A model generated the notes under the pieces. It was given only the letters and a program-made list of their open reading frames with translations. It was not told the DNA's origin and did not search any database. Shown piece after piece: positions 45,299 through 60,386 of a DNA stretch of 64,000 nt. The stretch lies in NCBI GenBank assembly GCA_964016885.1, contig OZ024740.1:266972001-267036000 (forward strand), read 5' to 3'. How positions within the stretch are numbered: position 1 is the first letter of the stretch; each line of letters starts with the position of its first letter. The position numbers were made by a program, and so were the translations under genes. This DNA comes from Eledone cirrhosa. Its lineage: Eukaryota.

Positions 45299-45807
45299 TA
45301 CTTACGCTCTTTATTTTTCTTTCTCAGTTGTATTTTATTTGTCAGCATCTCACATATTTCCTTTATCTATCTCTTCCATTATTTCTAATCCCACGAGGAT
45401 GACTTTGCCTTTCAACCTTACCGGGTCGATAAAATAAAGTACAGGTAATGCACTGGGTAAAATTGTTTGCCTTGAGCGTAAAGTAGAAACAATTATTTCT
45501 ATATCCAGTGTTGTTTACTTTTCCAATGATGGAAAACTTTAGCTCTTCTTCCTTTTTTCAAATACTTTAAACACAACACAACATGAAATAGAAGGAAAAA
45601 AAGAAGCATATAAAATTTACAGCTAGTTTCGAACTCACGACCTTCTGCGTGTAAAGCAGATGTGATAACCACTACACCATGGAACCAGATGATTGCTTCG
45701 ATCAAATACTGTCATATCAAATACATTTACATTTGTTTTAATTTAGTGAAATTGAAACAAATATAAATGTGCTTGATGAGGCAATATTTAGTCGACAATT
45801 AATGTAG

Positions 45808-45880
45808 GGTTCCATGGTGTAGTGGTTATCACATCTGCTTAACACGTAGAAGGTCGTGAGTTCGAAACTCGCTGGAACCT
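45808..45880 (+). tRNA. tRNA-Val(AAC)
   Basis: Copy of 11752. Confidence 0.7.
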
Positions 45881-48800
45881 TAGTTTCGCAGTATTATTTT
45901 TCTTTTCTGAGTTGTGTTTTATTTGTCAGCATCTCACATATTTCCTTTATCTATCTCTTCCATTAATTCTAATCCCGCCGAGGTTGACTTTGCCTTTCTT
46001 CCTTACCGGGTGGATAAAATAAAGTACAGGTAATGCACTGGGCAAAATTGCTGGCCTTGTTCCTAAAGTAGAAACAATTATTTCTATATCCAGTGTTGTT
46101 TACTTTTACAATGATGGAAAACTTTGGCCCTTCTTCCTTTTTTCAAATACTTTAAAAACAAAAGGAAGCATCTTTAGATGTAAATGAAATATTATTGTTT
46201 TTTTAATTAAAATATAATATTAAGTGTGATTATACCGAATATTGAACTCCCGACAATTTGACTAAGGTTCCAGTGAGTCTCAAACTCATGACCTTCTGTG
46301 TGCTAAGCAGACGTGATAGCCACTACACTATGGGAGCAATTACGGTGCAGTTTATCGAATAATTTTCTTTTATAGATATCTTGTGAATTTTAATTCTTTT
46401 ATCTTGACTAATATTTATATGTATAGTTTAGACTTAGAAAAGCTAGTAACCAAAGGGTTGCATCCTAACAAATATTGCCTCGCGATATATCAACGACTAT
46501 CTATACGTTAGCGAATTTCTTCAACTTTTTTTTAACGACAAAGTATGATTTTTAAATTTGATTGTTATTTCTAGCAGTTCCAAAAACAGCGTAGAACCTC
46601 TTTGGCTGGCTAATCTTTTTATATTTGGAAGTCTTTAAATACGGAAACTCTATAGATAATGAACACAACCACAAGTACAGCGTCCGAACGTGGAAGAGCT
46701 GAACTCTCACTGTCATCGCCTCCATCACTCTCGCTTTACCCATCTTTCTCTATGGAGAACAAATGGGGTCCCACGTGTTGGTTTCCCCACAGCCCCGGCG
46801 GGCAGAATGGAGAAGGCGTTTTCCCGGAGGTTAGTAAGGAATATGCACTGGATGAGCCATTCTAACTCCGAGGCCCAAACCTGCGTCTAGCCAGCTCAGC
46901 GCCAATTGTGGTGCGTAGAGAAGTAGCCCTAGGGCCAAGTACACCAGAAGTCTTTACTGCAGAGGGCACGACCGCAAACCTGTCGTAGAAGAATCGGTAC
47001 TTGCCTTGTCAAACACGTTTACGTTTCTCCCAATTTAGTGAAAGTTGTACAAATTTAGAAGCTGTTGATTAACAATGTAAATACAACGTTATGAATAGTT
47101 ACTAATATTTAGCATCTAGGTCAAGTACTTTTGTCAAACCCAGGTCAGCACAATTCCAACATTGGTAAAATATACAGTACTGGATATAGTAATAGACGGG
47201 AAGTTAGTCAGAAGAAATATTTGAGATTCTATCAAACACAACACAATATGAAATCGAAGGAAAAAACGAAGCATATAAAGGTTCCAGCGAGTTCGAACTC
47301 ACGACCTTCTGCGTGTAAAGCAGATGTGATAACCACTACACCATGGAACCAGATAATTGCTTCGATCAAATATTGTCTTATCAAACACATTTTCATAGGT
47401 TTTAATTTAGTGAAATTGAAACAAATATAAATGTGCTTGATGAGGCAATATTTGGTGAACAGTAAACGTATGGTTCCATGGTGTAGTGGTTATCACATCC
47501 GCTTCACACGCGAAAGTTCGTGAGTTCGAAACTCGCTGGAACCTTACTTTCGCTCTATTAGTTTTTTTATCAGTTGTGTTTTATTTGTCAGCATCTCACA
47601 TATTTCCTTTATCTATCTCTTCCATTATTTCTAATCCCACGAGGATGACTTTGCATTTCAACCTTACCGGGTCGATAAAATAAAGTACAGGTAATGCACT
47701 GGGTAAAATTGTTGGCCTTGAGCCTAAAGTAGAAACAATTATTTCTATATCCAGTGTTGTTTACTTTTCCAATGATGGAAAACTTTAGCCATTCTTCCTT
47801 TTCTCAAATACTTTAAAAACAAAAGGAAGCATCTTTAGATGTAAATGAAATATTTTTTTTATTTTTAAATTAACATTTAATATTAAGTGTGATTATACCG
47901 AATATTGAACTCCCGACAATTTGACTAAGGTTTCAGTGAGTCTCAAACTCACGACCATCTGTGTGTAAAGCAGATGTGATAACCACTACACCATGGAACC
48001 AGATGATAGCTTCTATCAAATATTATATTATCAAACACACTTACATTTGTTTTAATTTAGTGAAATTGAAACAAATATAAATGTTCTTGATGAGGAAATA
48101 TTTGGTCGACAATTAATGTACGGTTCCATGGTGTAGTGGTTATCACATCTGCTTAACACATAGAAGGTCGTGAGTTCGAAACTCGCAGGAACCTTAGTTT
48201 CGATCTATTATTTTTCTTTTCTCAGTTGTGTTTTATTTGTCAGCATCTCACATATTTCCACTATCTATCTCTTCCATTATTTCTATATCCAGTGTTGTTT
48301 ACTTTTACAATGACGGAAAACTTTAGCCCTTCTTCCTTTTTTCAAATACATTAAAAATAAAAGGAAGCATCTTTAGATGTAAATGAAATATTATTGTTTT
48401 TTTAATTAAAATTTAATATTAAGTGTGATTATACCGAATATTGAACTCCCGACAATTTGACTAAGGTTCCAGTGAGTCTCAAACTCATGACCTTTTGTGT
48501 GCTAAGCAGACGTGATAGCCACTACACTATGGGAGCAATTACGGTCCAGTTTATCGAATAATTTTCTTTTATAGATATCTTGTGATTTTTAATTCTTTTA
48601 TCTTGACTAATATTTATATGTATAGTTTAGACTTAGAAAAGCTAGTAACCAAAGGGTTGCATCCTAACAAATATTGCCTCGCGATATATCAACGACTATC
48701 TATACGTTAGCGAATTTCTTCAACTTTTTTTTAACGACAAAGTATGATTTTTAAATTTGATTGTTATTTCTAGCAGTTCCAAAAACAGCGTAGAACCTCT

Positions 48801-51800
48801 TTGGCTGGCTAATCTTTTTATATTTGGAAGTCTTTAAATACGGAAACTCTATAGATAATGAACACAACCACAAGTACAGCGTCCGAACGTGGAAGAGCTG
48901 AACTCTCACTGTCATCGCCTCCATCACTCTCGCTTTACCCATCTTTCTCTATGGAGAACAAATGGGGTCCCACGTGTTGGTTTCCCCACAGCCCCGGCGG
49001 GCAGAATGGAGAAGGCGTTTTCCCGGAGGTTAGTAAGGAATATGCACTGGATGAGCCATTCTAACTCCGAGGCCCAAACCTGCGTCTAGCCAGCTCAGCG
49101 CCAATTGTGGTGCGTAGAGAAGTAGCCCTAGGGCCAAGTACACCAGAAGTCTTTACTGCAGAGGGCACGACCGCAAACCTGTCGTAGAAGAATCGGTACT
49201 TGCCTTGTCAAACACGTTTACGTTTCTCCCAATTTAGTGAAAGTTGTACAAATTTAGAAGCTGTTGATTAACAATGTAAATACAACGTTATGAATAGTTA
49301 CTAATATTTAGCATCTAGGTCAAGTACTTTTGTCAAACCCAGGTCAGCACAATTCCAACATTGGTAAAATATACAGTACTGGATATAGTAATAGACGGGA
49401 AGTTAGTCAGAAGAAATATTTGAGATTCTATCAAACACAACACAATATGAAATCGAAGGAAAAAACGAAGCATATAAAGGTTCCAGCGAGTTCGAACTCA
49501 CGACCTTCTGCGTGTAAAGCAGATGTGATAACCACTACACCATGGAACCAGATAATTGCTTCGATCAAATATTGTCTTATCAAACACATTTTCATAGGTT
49601 TTAATTTAGTGAAATTGAAACAAATATAAATGTGCTTGATGAGGCAATATTTGGTGAACAGTAAACGTATGGTTCCATGGTGTAGTGGTTATCACATCCG
49701 CTTCACACGCGAAAGTTCGTGAGTTCGAAACTCGCTGGAACCTTACTTTCGCTCTATTAGTTTTTTTATCAGTTGTGTTTTATTTGTCAGCATCTCACAT
49801 ATTTCCTTTATCTATCTCTTCCATTATTTCTAATCCCACGAGGATGACTTTGCATTTCAACCTTACCGGGTCGATAAAATAAAGTACAGGTAATGCACTG
49901 GGTAAAATTGTTGGCCTTGAGCCTAAAGTAGAAACAATTATTTCTATATCCAGTGTTGTTTACTTTTCCAATGATGGAAAACTTTAGCCATTCTTCCTTT
50001 TCTCAAATACTTTAAAAACAAAAGGAAGCATCTTTAGATGTAAATGAAATATTTTTTTTATTTTTAAATTAACATTTAATATTAAGTGTGATTATACCGA
50101 ATATTGAACTCCCGACAATTTGACTAAGGTTTCAGTGAGTCTCAAACTCACGACCATCTGTGTGTAAAGCAGATGTGATAACCACTACACCATGGAACCA
50201 GATGATAGCTTCTATCAAATATTATATTATCAAACACACTTACATTTGTTTTAATTTAGTGAAATTGAAACAAATATAAATGTTCTTGATGAGGAAATAT
50301 TTGGTCGACAATTAATGTACGGTTCCATGGTGTAGTGGTTATCACATCTGCTTAACACATAGAAGGTCGTGAGTTCGAAACTCGCAGGAACCTTAGTTTC
50401 GATCTATTATTTTTCTTTTCTCAGTTGTGTTTTATTTGTCAGCATCTCACATATTTCCACTATCTATCTCTTCCATTATTTCTATATCCAGTGTTGTTTA
50501 CTTTTACAATGACGGAAAACTTTAGCCCTTCTTCCTTTTTTCAAATACATTAAAAATAAAAGGAAGCATCTTTAGATGTAAATGAAATATTATTGTTTTT
50601 TTAATTAAAATTTAATATTAAGTGTGATTATACCGAATATTGAACTCCCGACAATTTGACTAAGGTTCCAGTGAGTCTCAAACTCATGACCTTTTGTGTG
50701 CTAAGCAGACGTGATAGCCACTACACTATGGGAGCAATTACGGTCCAGTTTATCGAATAATTTTCTTTTATAGATATCTTGTGATTTTGAAATTCTTATC
50801 TTGACTAATATTTATATGTATAGTCTAGACTTAGAAAAGCTAGTAACCAAAGGGTTGCATCCTAACAAATATTTTGTCGCGATATATCAACGACTATCTA
50901 TACTTTAGCGAATTTCTTCAATTTTTTTTTAACGACAAAATATGATTTTCAAATTTGATTGTTATTTCTAGCAGTTCAAAAAACATCGTAGAACCTCTTT
51001 GGCTGGCTAATCTTTTTATATTTGGAAGAGTTTAAATACGGAAACTCTATAGATAATGAACACAACCACAAGTATAGGGTCCGAATGTGGAAGAGCTTAA
51101 CTCTCACTGTCATCGCCTCCATCACTCTCGCTTTTCCCATCTTTCTGTATGGTGAAAATTGGGGTCGCACGTGTTGGTCTCCCCACAGCCCCGGCGGACA
51201 GAATGGAGAAGGCGTTTTCCCGGAGGTTAGTAAGGAATATGCACTGGAAGAGCCATTCTAACTCCGAGGCACAAACCTGCGTCTAGCCAAATCAGCGCCA
51301 ATGGTGGTGCGTAGGGAAGTATCCCTAGGGCCAAGAACACCAGAAGTCTCTACTGCCGAGGGCACGACCGCAAACCTGTCGTAGAGCGATCGGTTCTTGG
51401 CCTGTCAAACACGTTTATGTTTCTCCCAATTTAGTGAAAGTTGTATAAATTTAGAAGCTGTTGATTAACAATGTAAATACAACGTTATGAATGGTTACTA
51501 ATATTTAGCATCTACGTCAAGTACTTTTGTCAAACCCAGGTCAGCACAATTCCAACATTGGTAAAATATACAGTACTGGATATTGACGGGAAGTTAGTCA
51601 GAAGAAATATCTGAGATGCTATCAAACACAACACAATATGAATTAGAAGCAGATAAAGGTTTCAGCGAGTTTCGAACTCACGACCTTCTGCGTGTAAAGC
51701 AGATGTGATAACCACTACACCATGGAATCAGATGCTTGCCCGGATCAAATATTGTATTATCAAACACATTTTCATTGGTTTTAATTTAGTGAAATTGAAA

Positions 51801-53290
51801 CAAATATAAATATGGTTTATGAGGCATTATTTGGTGGATAGAAAGCGTATGGTTCCATGGTGTAGTGGTTATCACATCTGCTTCACACGCAGAAGATCGT
51901 GATTTCGAAATTCGCTGGAACCTTAGCTTCGCTTTTTTATTTCTCAGTTGTGTTTTATTTGTCAGCATCTCACATATTTCCTTTATCTATCTCTTCCATT
52001 ATTTCTAATCCCGCCGAGGTTGACTTTGCCTTTCATCCTTACCGGGTCGATAAAATAAAGTACCAGTAATGCACTGGGTAAAATTGCTGGCCTTGTGGCT
52101 AAAGTAGAAACAATTATTTCTATATCCAGTGTGGTTTACTTTTCCAATGATGGAAAACTTTAGCTCTTCTTCCTTTTTTCAAATACTTTAAAAACAAAAG
52201 ATGTAAATGAAATATTTTTTTTATTTTTAAATTAAAATTTAATATTAAGTGTGATTATACCGAATATTGAACTCCCGACAATTTGACTAAGGTTCCAGTG
52301 AGTCTCAAACTCATGACCTTCTGTGTGCTAAGCAGACGTGATAGCCACTACACTATGGGAGCAATTACGGTCCAGTTTATCGAATAATTTTCTTTTATAG
52401 ATATCTTGTGAATTTGAATTTTTTTATCTTGACTAATATTTATATGTATAGTCTAGACTTAGAAAAGCTAGTAACCAAAGGGTTGCATCCTAACAAATAT
52501 TGCCTCGCGATATATCAACGACTATCTATACGTTAGCGAATTTCTTCAATTTTTTTTTAACGACAAAGTATGAATTTTAAATTTGATTGTTATTTCTAGC
52601 AGTTCCAAAAACAGCGTAGAACCTCTTTGGCTGGCTAACCTTTTTATATTTGGAAGTGTTTAAATACGGAAACTCTATAGATAATGAACAAAACCACAAG
52701 GATATAGTCCCAACGTGGAAGAGCTGAACTCTCACTGTCATCGCCTCCATCACCCTCGCTTTCCCTATCTTTCTGTATGGTGAAAAAATGGGGTCCCACG
52801 TGTTAGTCTCCCCACAGCCCCGGCGGACAGAATGGAGAAGGCGTTTTCCCGGAGGTTAGTAAGGAAGATGCACTGGTAGAGCCATTCAAACTCCGAGGCC
52901 CAAACCTGCATCTAACCAGCTCAGCGCCAATTGTGGTGCGTAGGGAAGTAGCCCTAGGGCCAAGAACACCAGAAGTCTCTACTTCCGAGGGCACGACCAC
53001 AAACCTGTGGAGAGGGATCGGTTCTTGCCCTGTCAAACACGTTTACGTTTCTCCCAATTTAGTGAAAGTTGTACAAATTTAGAAGCTGTTGATTAACAAT
53101 GTAAATACAACGTTATTAATGGTTACTAATATTTAGCATCTACGTCAAGTACTTTTGTCAAACCCAGCTCAGCACAATTCCAACATTGGTAAAATATACA
53201 GTACTGGATATAGTAATCGACGGGAAGTTAGTTAGAAGAAATATCTGAGATTATATCAAACACAACACAATATGAAATAGAAGCAGATAA

Positions 53291-53363
53291 ACGTTCCAGC
53301 GAGTTTCGAACTCACGACCTTCTGCGTGTAAAGCAGATGTGATAACCACTACACCATGGAACC
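53291..53363 (-). tRNA. tRNA-Val(TAC), G1-G72 mismatch
   Basis: Copy of 25278. Confidence 0.55.
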
Positions 53364-56300
53364 AGATGATTGCTTCGATCAAATATTCTATTATCAAACA
53401 CATTTACATTTGTTTTAATTTAGTGAAATTGAAAGAAATATAAATGTGCTTGATGAGGCAATATTTGGTCGACAGTTAATGTACGGTTCCATGGCGTAGT
53501 GGTTATCACATCTGCTTAACACGTAGAAGGTCGTGAGTTCAAAACTCGCAGGAACCTTAGTTTCGCTTTTTTCTTTTCTCAGTTGTGTTTTATTTGTCAG
53601 CATCTCACATATTTCCTCTATCTATCTCTTCCATTATTTCTATATCCAGTGTTTTTTACTTTTATGATGACGGAAAACTTAACCCTTCTTCCTTTTTTCA
53701 AATACTTTAAAAACAAAAGGAAGCATCTTTAGATGTAAATGAAATATTATTGTTTTTTTAATTAAAATTTAATATTAAGTGTGATTATACCGAATATTGA
53801 ACTCCCGACAATTTGACTAAGGTTCCAGTGAGTCTTAAACTCATGACCTTCTGTGTGCTAAGCAGACGTGATAGCCACTACACTATGGGAACAATTACTG
53901 TCCAGTTTATCGAATAATTTTCTTTTATAGATATCTTGTGAATTTGAATTTTTTCATCTTGACTAATATTTATATGTATAGTCTAGACTTAGAAAAGCTA
54001 GTAACCAAAGGGTTGCATCCTCACATATATTGCCTCGCGATATATCAACGACTATCAATACGTTAGCGAATTTCTTCAACTTTTTTTTTAACGACAAAGT
54101 ATGATTTTCAAGTTTGATTGTTATTTCTAGCAGTTCCAAAATCATGGTAGAATCTCTTTCGCTGGCTAATCTTTTTATATTTGCAAGTGATTAAATACGG
54201 AAACTCTATAGATAATGAACACAACCACAAGGATATAGTCCCAACGTGAAAGTGCTTAACCCTCACTGTCATCGCCTCCATCACTCTCGCTTTCCCCATC
54301 TTTCTGTATGGTGAAAATTGGGGTCCCACGTGTTGGTCCCCCCACAGCCCCGGCGGACAGAATGGAGAAGGCGTTTTCCCGGAGGTTAGTAAGGAATATG
54401 CACTGGAAGAGCCATTCTAACTCCGAGGCACAAACCTGCGTCTATCCAGCTCAGCGCCAATTGTGGTGCGTAGGGAAGTAGCACTAGGGCCAAGTACACC
54501 AGAAGTCTTTACTGCAGAGGGCACGACCGCAAACCTGTCGTAGAGGGATCGGTACTTGCCTTGTCAAACACGTTTACGTTTCTCCCAATTTAGTGAAAGT
54601 TGTACAAATTTAGAAGCTGTTGATTAACAATGTAAATACAACGTTATGAATGGTTACTAATATTTAGCATCTACGTCAAGTACTTTTGTCAAACCCAGGT
54701 CAGCACAATTCCAACATTGGTAAAATATACAGTACTGGATATAGTAATCGAGGGGAAGTTAGTCAGAAGAAATATCTGAGATTCTATCAAACACAACACA
54801 ATATGAAATAGAAGGAAAAAAAGAAGCATATGAAGGTTCCAGCGAGTTTCAAACTCACGACCTTCTGCGTGTAAAGCAGATGTGATAACCACTACACCAT
54901 GGAACCCGATGATTGCTTCGATCAAATATTGTCTTATCAAACACATTTTCATAGTCTTTAATTAAGTGAAATTGAAACAAATATAAATGTGGTTGATGAG
55001 GCAATATTTGGTGAACAGTAAACGTATGGTTCCATGGTGTAGTGGTTATCACATCTGCTTCACACGCAGAAGATCGTGAGTTCGGAACTCGCTGGAACCT
55101 TACTTTCGCTCTATTATTTTTTTTCTCAGTTGTGTTTTATTTATCAGCATCTCACATATTTCCATTATCTATCTCTTCCATTATTTCTAATCCCGCCGAG
55201 GTTGACTTTGCCTTCATTGACTTTACCGGGTCGATAAAATAAAGTACAGGTAATTCACTGGGTAAAATTGCTGGCTTTGTGCCTAAAGTGGAAACAATTA
55301 TTTCTATATCCAGTGTTGTTTACTTTTCCAATGATGGAAAACTTTAGCCATTCTTCCTTTTTTCAAATACTTTAAAAGCAAAAGGAAGCATCTTTAGATG
55401 TAAATGAAATATTTTTTTTATTTTTCAATTAAAATTTAATATTAAGTGTGATTATACCGAATATTGAACTCCCGACAATTTGACTAAGGTTCCAGTGAGT
55501 CTCAAACTCACGACCTTCTGCGTGTAAAGCAGATGCGATAACCACTACACCATGGAACCAGATGATAGCTTCTATCAAATATTATATTATCAAACACACT
55601 TACATTTGTTTTAAGTTAGTGAAATTGAAACAAATATAAATGTGCTTGATGAGGAAATATTTGGTCGACAATTAATGTACGGTTCCATGGTGTAGTGGTT
55701 ATCACATCTGCTTAATACATAGAAGGTCGTGAGTTCGAAACTCGCTTGAACCTTAGCTTCGCTCTATTATTTTTCTTTTCTCAGTTGTGTTTTATTTGTC
55801 AGCATCTCACATATTTCCACTATCTATCTCTTCCATTATTTCTATATCCAGTGTTGTTTACTTTTACAATGACGGAAAACTTTAGCCCTTCTTACTTTTT
55901 TCAAATACATTAAAAACAAAAGAAGCATCTTTAGATGTAAATGAAATATTATTGTTTTTTTAATTAAAATTTAATATTAAGTGTGATTATACCGAATATT
56001 GAACTCCCGACAATTTGACTAAGGTTCCAGTGAGTCTCAAACTCATGACCTTTTGTGTGCTAAGCAGACGTGATAGCCACTACACTATGGGAGCAATAAC
56101 GGTCCAGTTTATCGAATAATTTTCTTTTATAGATTTCTTGTGAATTTGAATTTTTTTATCTTGAGTAATATTTATATGTATAGTCTAGACTTAGAAAAGC
56201 TAGTAACCAAAGGGTTGCATCCTAACAAATATTGCCTCGCCATATATCAACGACTATCTATACGTTAGCGAATTTCTTCAATTTTTTTTTAACGACAAAG

Positions 56301-57033
56301 TATGATTTTTAATTTGATTGTTATTTCTAGCAGTTCCAAAAACAGCGTAGAACCTCTTTGGCTGGCTAATCTTTTTATATTTGGAAGTGTTTAAATACGG
56401 AAACTCTATAGATAATGAACACAACCACAAGGATATAGTCCCAACATGGAAGAGCTTAACTCTCACTGTCATCGCCTCCATCACTCTCGCCCTCCCCATC
56501 TTTCTGTATGGTGAAAAAATGGGGTCCCACGTGTTGGTCTCTCCACAGCCCGGCGGACAGAATGGAGAAGGCGTTTTCCCGGAGGTTAGTAAGGAATATG
56601 CACTGAAAGAGCCATTCTAACTCCGAGGCCCAAACCTGCGTCTAGCCAGCTCAGCGCCAATTGTGGTGCGTAGGAAATTAGCCCTAGGGCCAAGTACACC
56701 AGAAGTCTCTACTGCAGAGGGCACGACCGCAAACCTGTCGTAGAGCGATCGGTACTTGCCCTGTCAAACACGTTTACGTTTCTCCCAATTTAGTGAAAGT
56801 TGTACAAATTTAGAAGCTGTTGATTAACAATGTAAATACAACGTTATGAATGGTTACTAATATTTAGCATCTACGTCAAGTACTTTTGTCACAACCAGGT
56901 AAGCACAATTCCAACATTGGTAAAATATACAGTACAGGATATAGTAATCGAGGGGAAGTTAGTCAGAAGAATTTTCTGAAATTCTATCAAACACAACACA
57001 ATATGAAATAGAAGTAAAAAAAGAAGCATATAA

Positions 57034-57106
57034 AGGTTCCAGCGAGTTTCGAACTCACGACCTTCTGCGTGTAAAGCAGATGTGATAGCCACTACACCAT
57101 GGAACC
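57034..57106 (-). tRNA. tRNA-Val(TAC)
   Basis: Copy of 29021. Confidence 0.75.
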
Positions 57107-57227
57107 AGATGCTTGCCCGGATCAAATATTGTATTATCAAACACATTTTCATTGGTTTTAATTTAGTGAAATTGAAACAAATATAAATGTGGTTGATGAG
57201 GCATTATTTGGTGGATAGAAAACGTAT

Positions 57228-57300
57228 GGTTCCATGGTGTAGTGGTTATCACATCTGCTTCACACGCAAAAGGTCGTGAGTTCGAAACTCGCTGGAACCT
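57228..57300 (+). tRNA. tRNA-Val(CAC), C28-A42 mismatch
   Basis: Copy of 29215. Confidence 0.55.
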
Positions 57301-60120
57301 TACCATCGCTCTTTTATTTTTATTTCTCAGTTGTGTTTTATTTGTCAGCATCTCACATATTTCCTTTATCTATCTCTTCCATTATTTCTAATCCCGCCGA
57401 GGTTGACTTTGCCTTTCATCCTTACCGGGTTCATAAAATAAAGTACCAGTAATGCACTGGGTATTTGCTGGCCTTGTGGCTAAAGTAGAAACAATTATTT
57501 CTATATCCAGTGTGGTTTACTTTTCCAATGATGGAAAACTTTAGCTCTTCTTCCTTTTTTCAATTACTTTAAAAACAAAAGATGTAAATGAAATATTTTT
57601 TTTATTTTTAAATTAAAATTTAATATTAAGTGTGATTATACCGAATATTGAACTCGCGACAATTTGACTAAGGTTCCAGTGAGTCTCAAACTCATGACCT
57701 TCTGTGTGCTAAGCAGACGTGATAGCCACTACACTATGGGAGCAATTACGGTCCAGTTTATCGAATAATTTTCTTTTATAGCCTCGCGATATATCAACGA
57801 CTATCTATACGTTAGCGAATTTCTTCAACTTTTTTTTTAACGACAAAGTATGATTTTTTAATTTGATTGTTATTTCTAGCAGTTCCAAAAACAGCGTAGA
57901 TCTTCTTTGGCTGGCTAATCTTTTTATATTTGGAAGTGTTTATATACGGAAACTCTATAGATAATGAACACAACCACAAGGATATAGTCCCAACGTGGAA
58001 GAGCTGAACTCTCACTGTCATCGCCTCCATCACTCTCGCTTTCCCCATCTTTCTGTATGGTGAAAAAATGGGGTCACTCGTGTTGTTCTACCCACAGCCC
58101 CGGCGGACAGAATGGAGTAGGCGTTTTCCCGGAGGTTAGTAAGGAAGATGCACTGGAAGAGCCATTCTAACTCCGAGGCCCAAACCTGCGTCTAGCCAGC
58201 TCAGCGCCAATTATGGTGCGTAGGGAAGTAGCCCTAGGGCCAAGTACACCAGAAGTCTCTACTGCCGAGGACACGACCGCAAACCTGTCGTAGAGGGATC
58301 GGTTCTTGCCCTGTCAAACACGTTTACGTTTCTCCCAATTTAGTGAAAGTTGTATAAATTTAGAAGCTGTTGATTAACAAAGTAAATACAACGTTATTAA
58401 TGGTTACTAATATTTAGCATCTACGTCAAGTACTTTTGTCAAACCCAGGTCAGCACAATTCCAATATTGGTAAAATATACAGTACTGGATATAGTAATCG
58501 ACGGGAAGTTAGTCAGAAGAAATATCTGAGATTCTATCAAACACAACACAATATGAAATAGAAGCAGATAAAGGTTCCAGCGAGTTTCAAACTCACGACC
58601 TTCTGCGTGTAAAGCAGATGTGATAACCACTACACCATGGAACCAGACGATTGCTTCGATCAAATATTGTATTTTCAAACACATTTTCATTGGTTTTAAT
58701 TTAGTGAAATTGAAACAGATATAAATGTGGTTGATGAGGCAATATTTGGTGTACAGTAAACGTATGGTTCAATGGTGTAGTGGTTATCACATCTGCTTCA
58801 CACGCAAAAGGCCGTGAGTTCGAAACTCACTGGAACCTTAGTTTCGCTATATTATTTTTTTTTCCTCAGTTGTGTTTTATATGTCAGCATCTCACATATT
58901 TCCTCTATCTATCTCTTCCATTATTTCTATATCCAGTGTTGTTTACTTTTCCAATGATGGAAAACTTTAGCTCTTCTTCCTTTTTTCAAATACTTTAAAC
59001 ACAAAAGGAAGCATTTTTAGATATAAATGAAATATTATTTTTTTGAAATTAAAATTTAATATTAAGCGTGATTATACTGAATATTGAATTCTCGAATTTT
59101 TTACTAAGGTTCCAGTGAGTCTCAAACGCATGACCTTCTGTGTGCTAAGCAGACGTGATAGCCACTACACTATGGGAGCAATTACGGTCCATTTTATCGA
59201 ATAATTTTCTTTTATACATACATTTTGATTTTGAATTTTTTTATCTTGACTAATATTTATATGTATAGTCTAGACTTAGAAAAGCTAGTAACCAAAGGGT
59301 TGCATCCTAACAGATATTTCCTCACGATATATCAACGACTATCTATACGTTAGCGAATTTCTTCAATTTTTTTTTAACGACAAAATATGATTTTAAATTT
59401 GATGGTTATTTTTAGCAGTTCGAAAAACAGCGTACAACCTCTTTGGCTGGCTAATCTTTTTATATTTGGAAGTGTTTAAATACGGAAACTCTATAGATAA
59501 TGAACACAACCACAAGGATATAGTCCCAACGTGGAAGAGCTGAACTCTCACTGTCATCGCCTCCATCACTCTCGCTTTCCCCATCTTTCTGTATGGTGAA
59601 AATTGGGGTCCCCCGTGTTGGTCTCCCCACAGTCCCGGCGGACAGAATGGAGAAGGCGTTTTCCCGGAGGTTAGTAAGGAATATGCACTGGAAGAGCCAA
59701 TCTAACTCAGAGGCACAAACCTGCGTCTAGCCAGCTCAGCGCCAATTGTGGTGCCTAGGGAAGTAGCCCTAGAGCCAAGTACACCAGAAGTCTTTACTGC
59801 AGAGGGCACGCCCGCAAACCTGTCGTTGAGCGATCGGTACTTGCCCTGTCAAACACGTTTACGTTTCTCCCAATTTAGTGAAAGTTGTATAAATTTAGAA
59901 GCTGTTGATTAACAATGTAAATACAACGTTATAAATGGTTACTAATATTTAGCATCTATGTCAAGTACTTTTGTCAAACACAGGTCAGCACAATTCCAAC
60001 ATTGGTAAAATATACAGTACTGGATATAGTAATCGACGGGAAGTTAGTCAGACGAAATATCTGAGATTCTATCAAACACAACACAATATGAAATAGAAGG
60101 GAAAAAAAAGAAGCATATGA

Positions 60121-60193
60121 AGGTTCCAGCGAGTTTCGAACTCACGACCTTCTGCGTGTAAAGCAGATGTGATAACCACTACACCATGGAAGC
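60121..60193 (-). tRNA. tRNA-Val(TAC), C2-C71 mismatch
   Basis: Begins GCTTCCA, otherwise consensus. Confidence 0.55.
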
Positions 60194-60313
60194 AGATGAT
60201 AGCTTCGATCAAATATTGTATTATCAAACACATTTACATTTGTTTTAATTAAGTGAAATTGAAACAATATAAATGTGCTTGATGAGGCACTATTTAGTCG
60301 ACGATTAATGTAC

Positions 60314-60386
60314 GGTTCCATGGTGTAGTGGTTATCACATCTGCTTAACACGTAGAAGGTCGTGAGTTCGAAACTCGCTGGAACCT
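60314..60386 (+). tRNA. tRNA-Val(AAC)
   Basis: Intact with G30-U40 wobble. Confidence 0.7.

Larger units (their letters stand above)
34057..58983. repeat. Second copy of a recent ~28-kb tandem segmental duplication (matches 1 to ~30970 minus the 6,043-bp internal duplication)
   Basis: ORF offsets 34,056 then 28,013; only about ten point differences noticed by eye; identity stops near 58983/30970. Confidence 0.92.
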
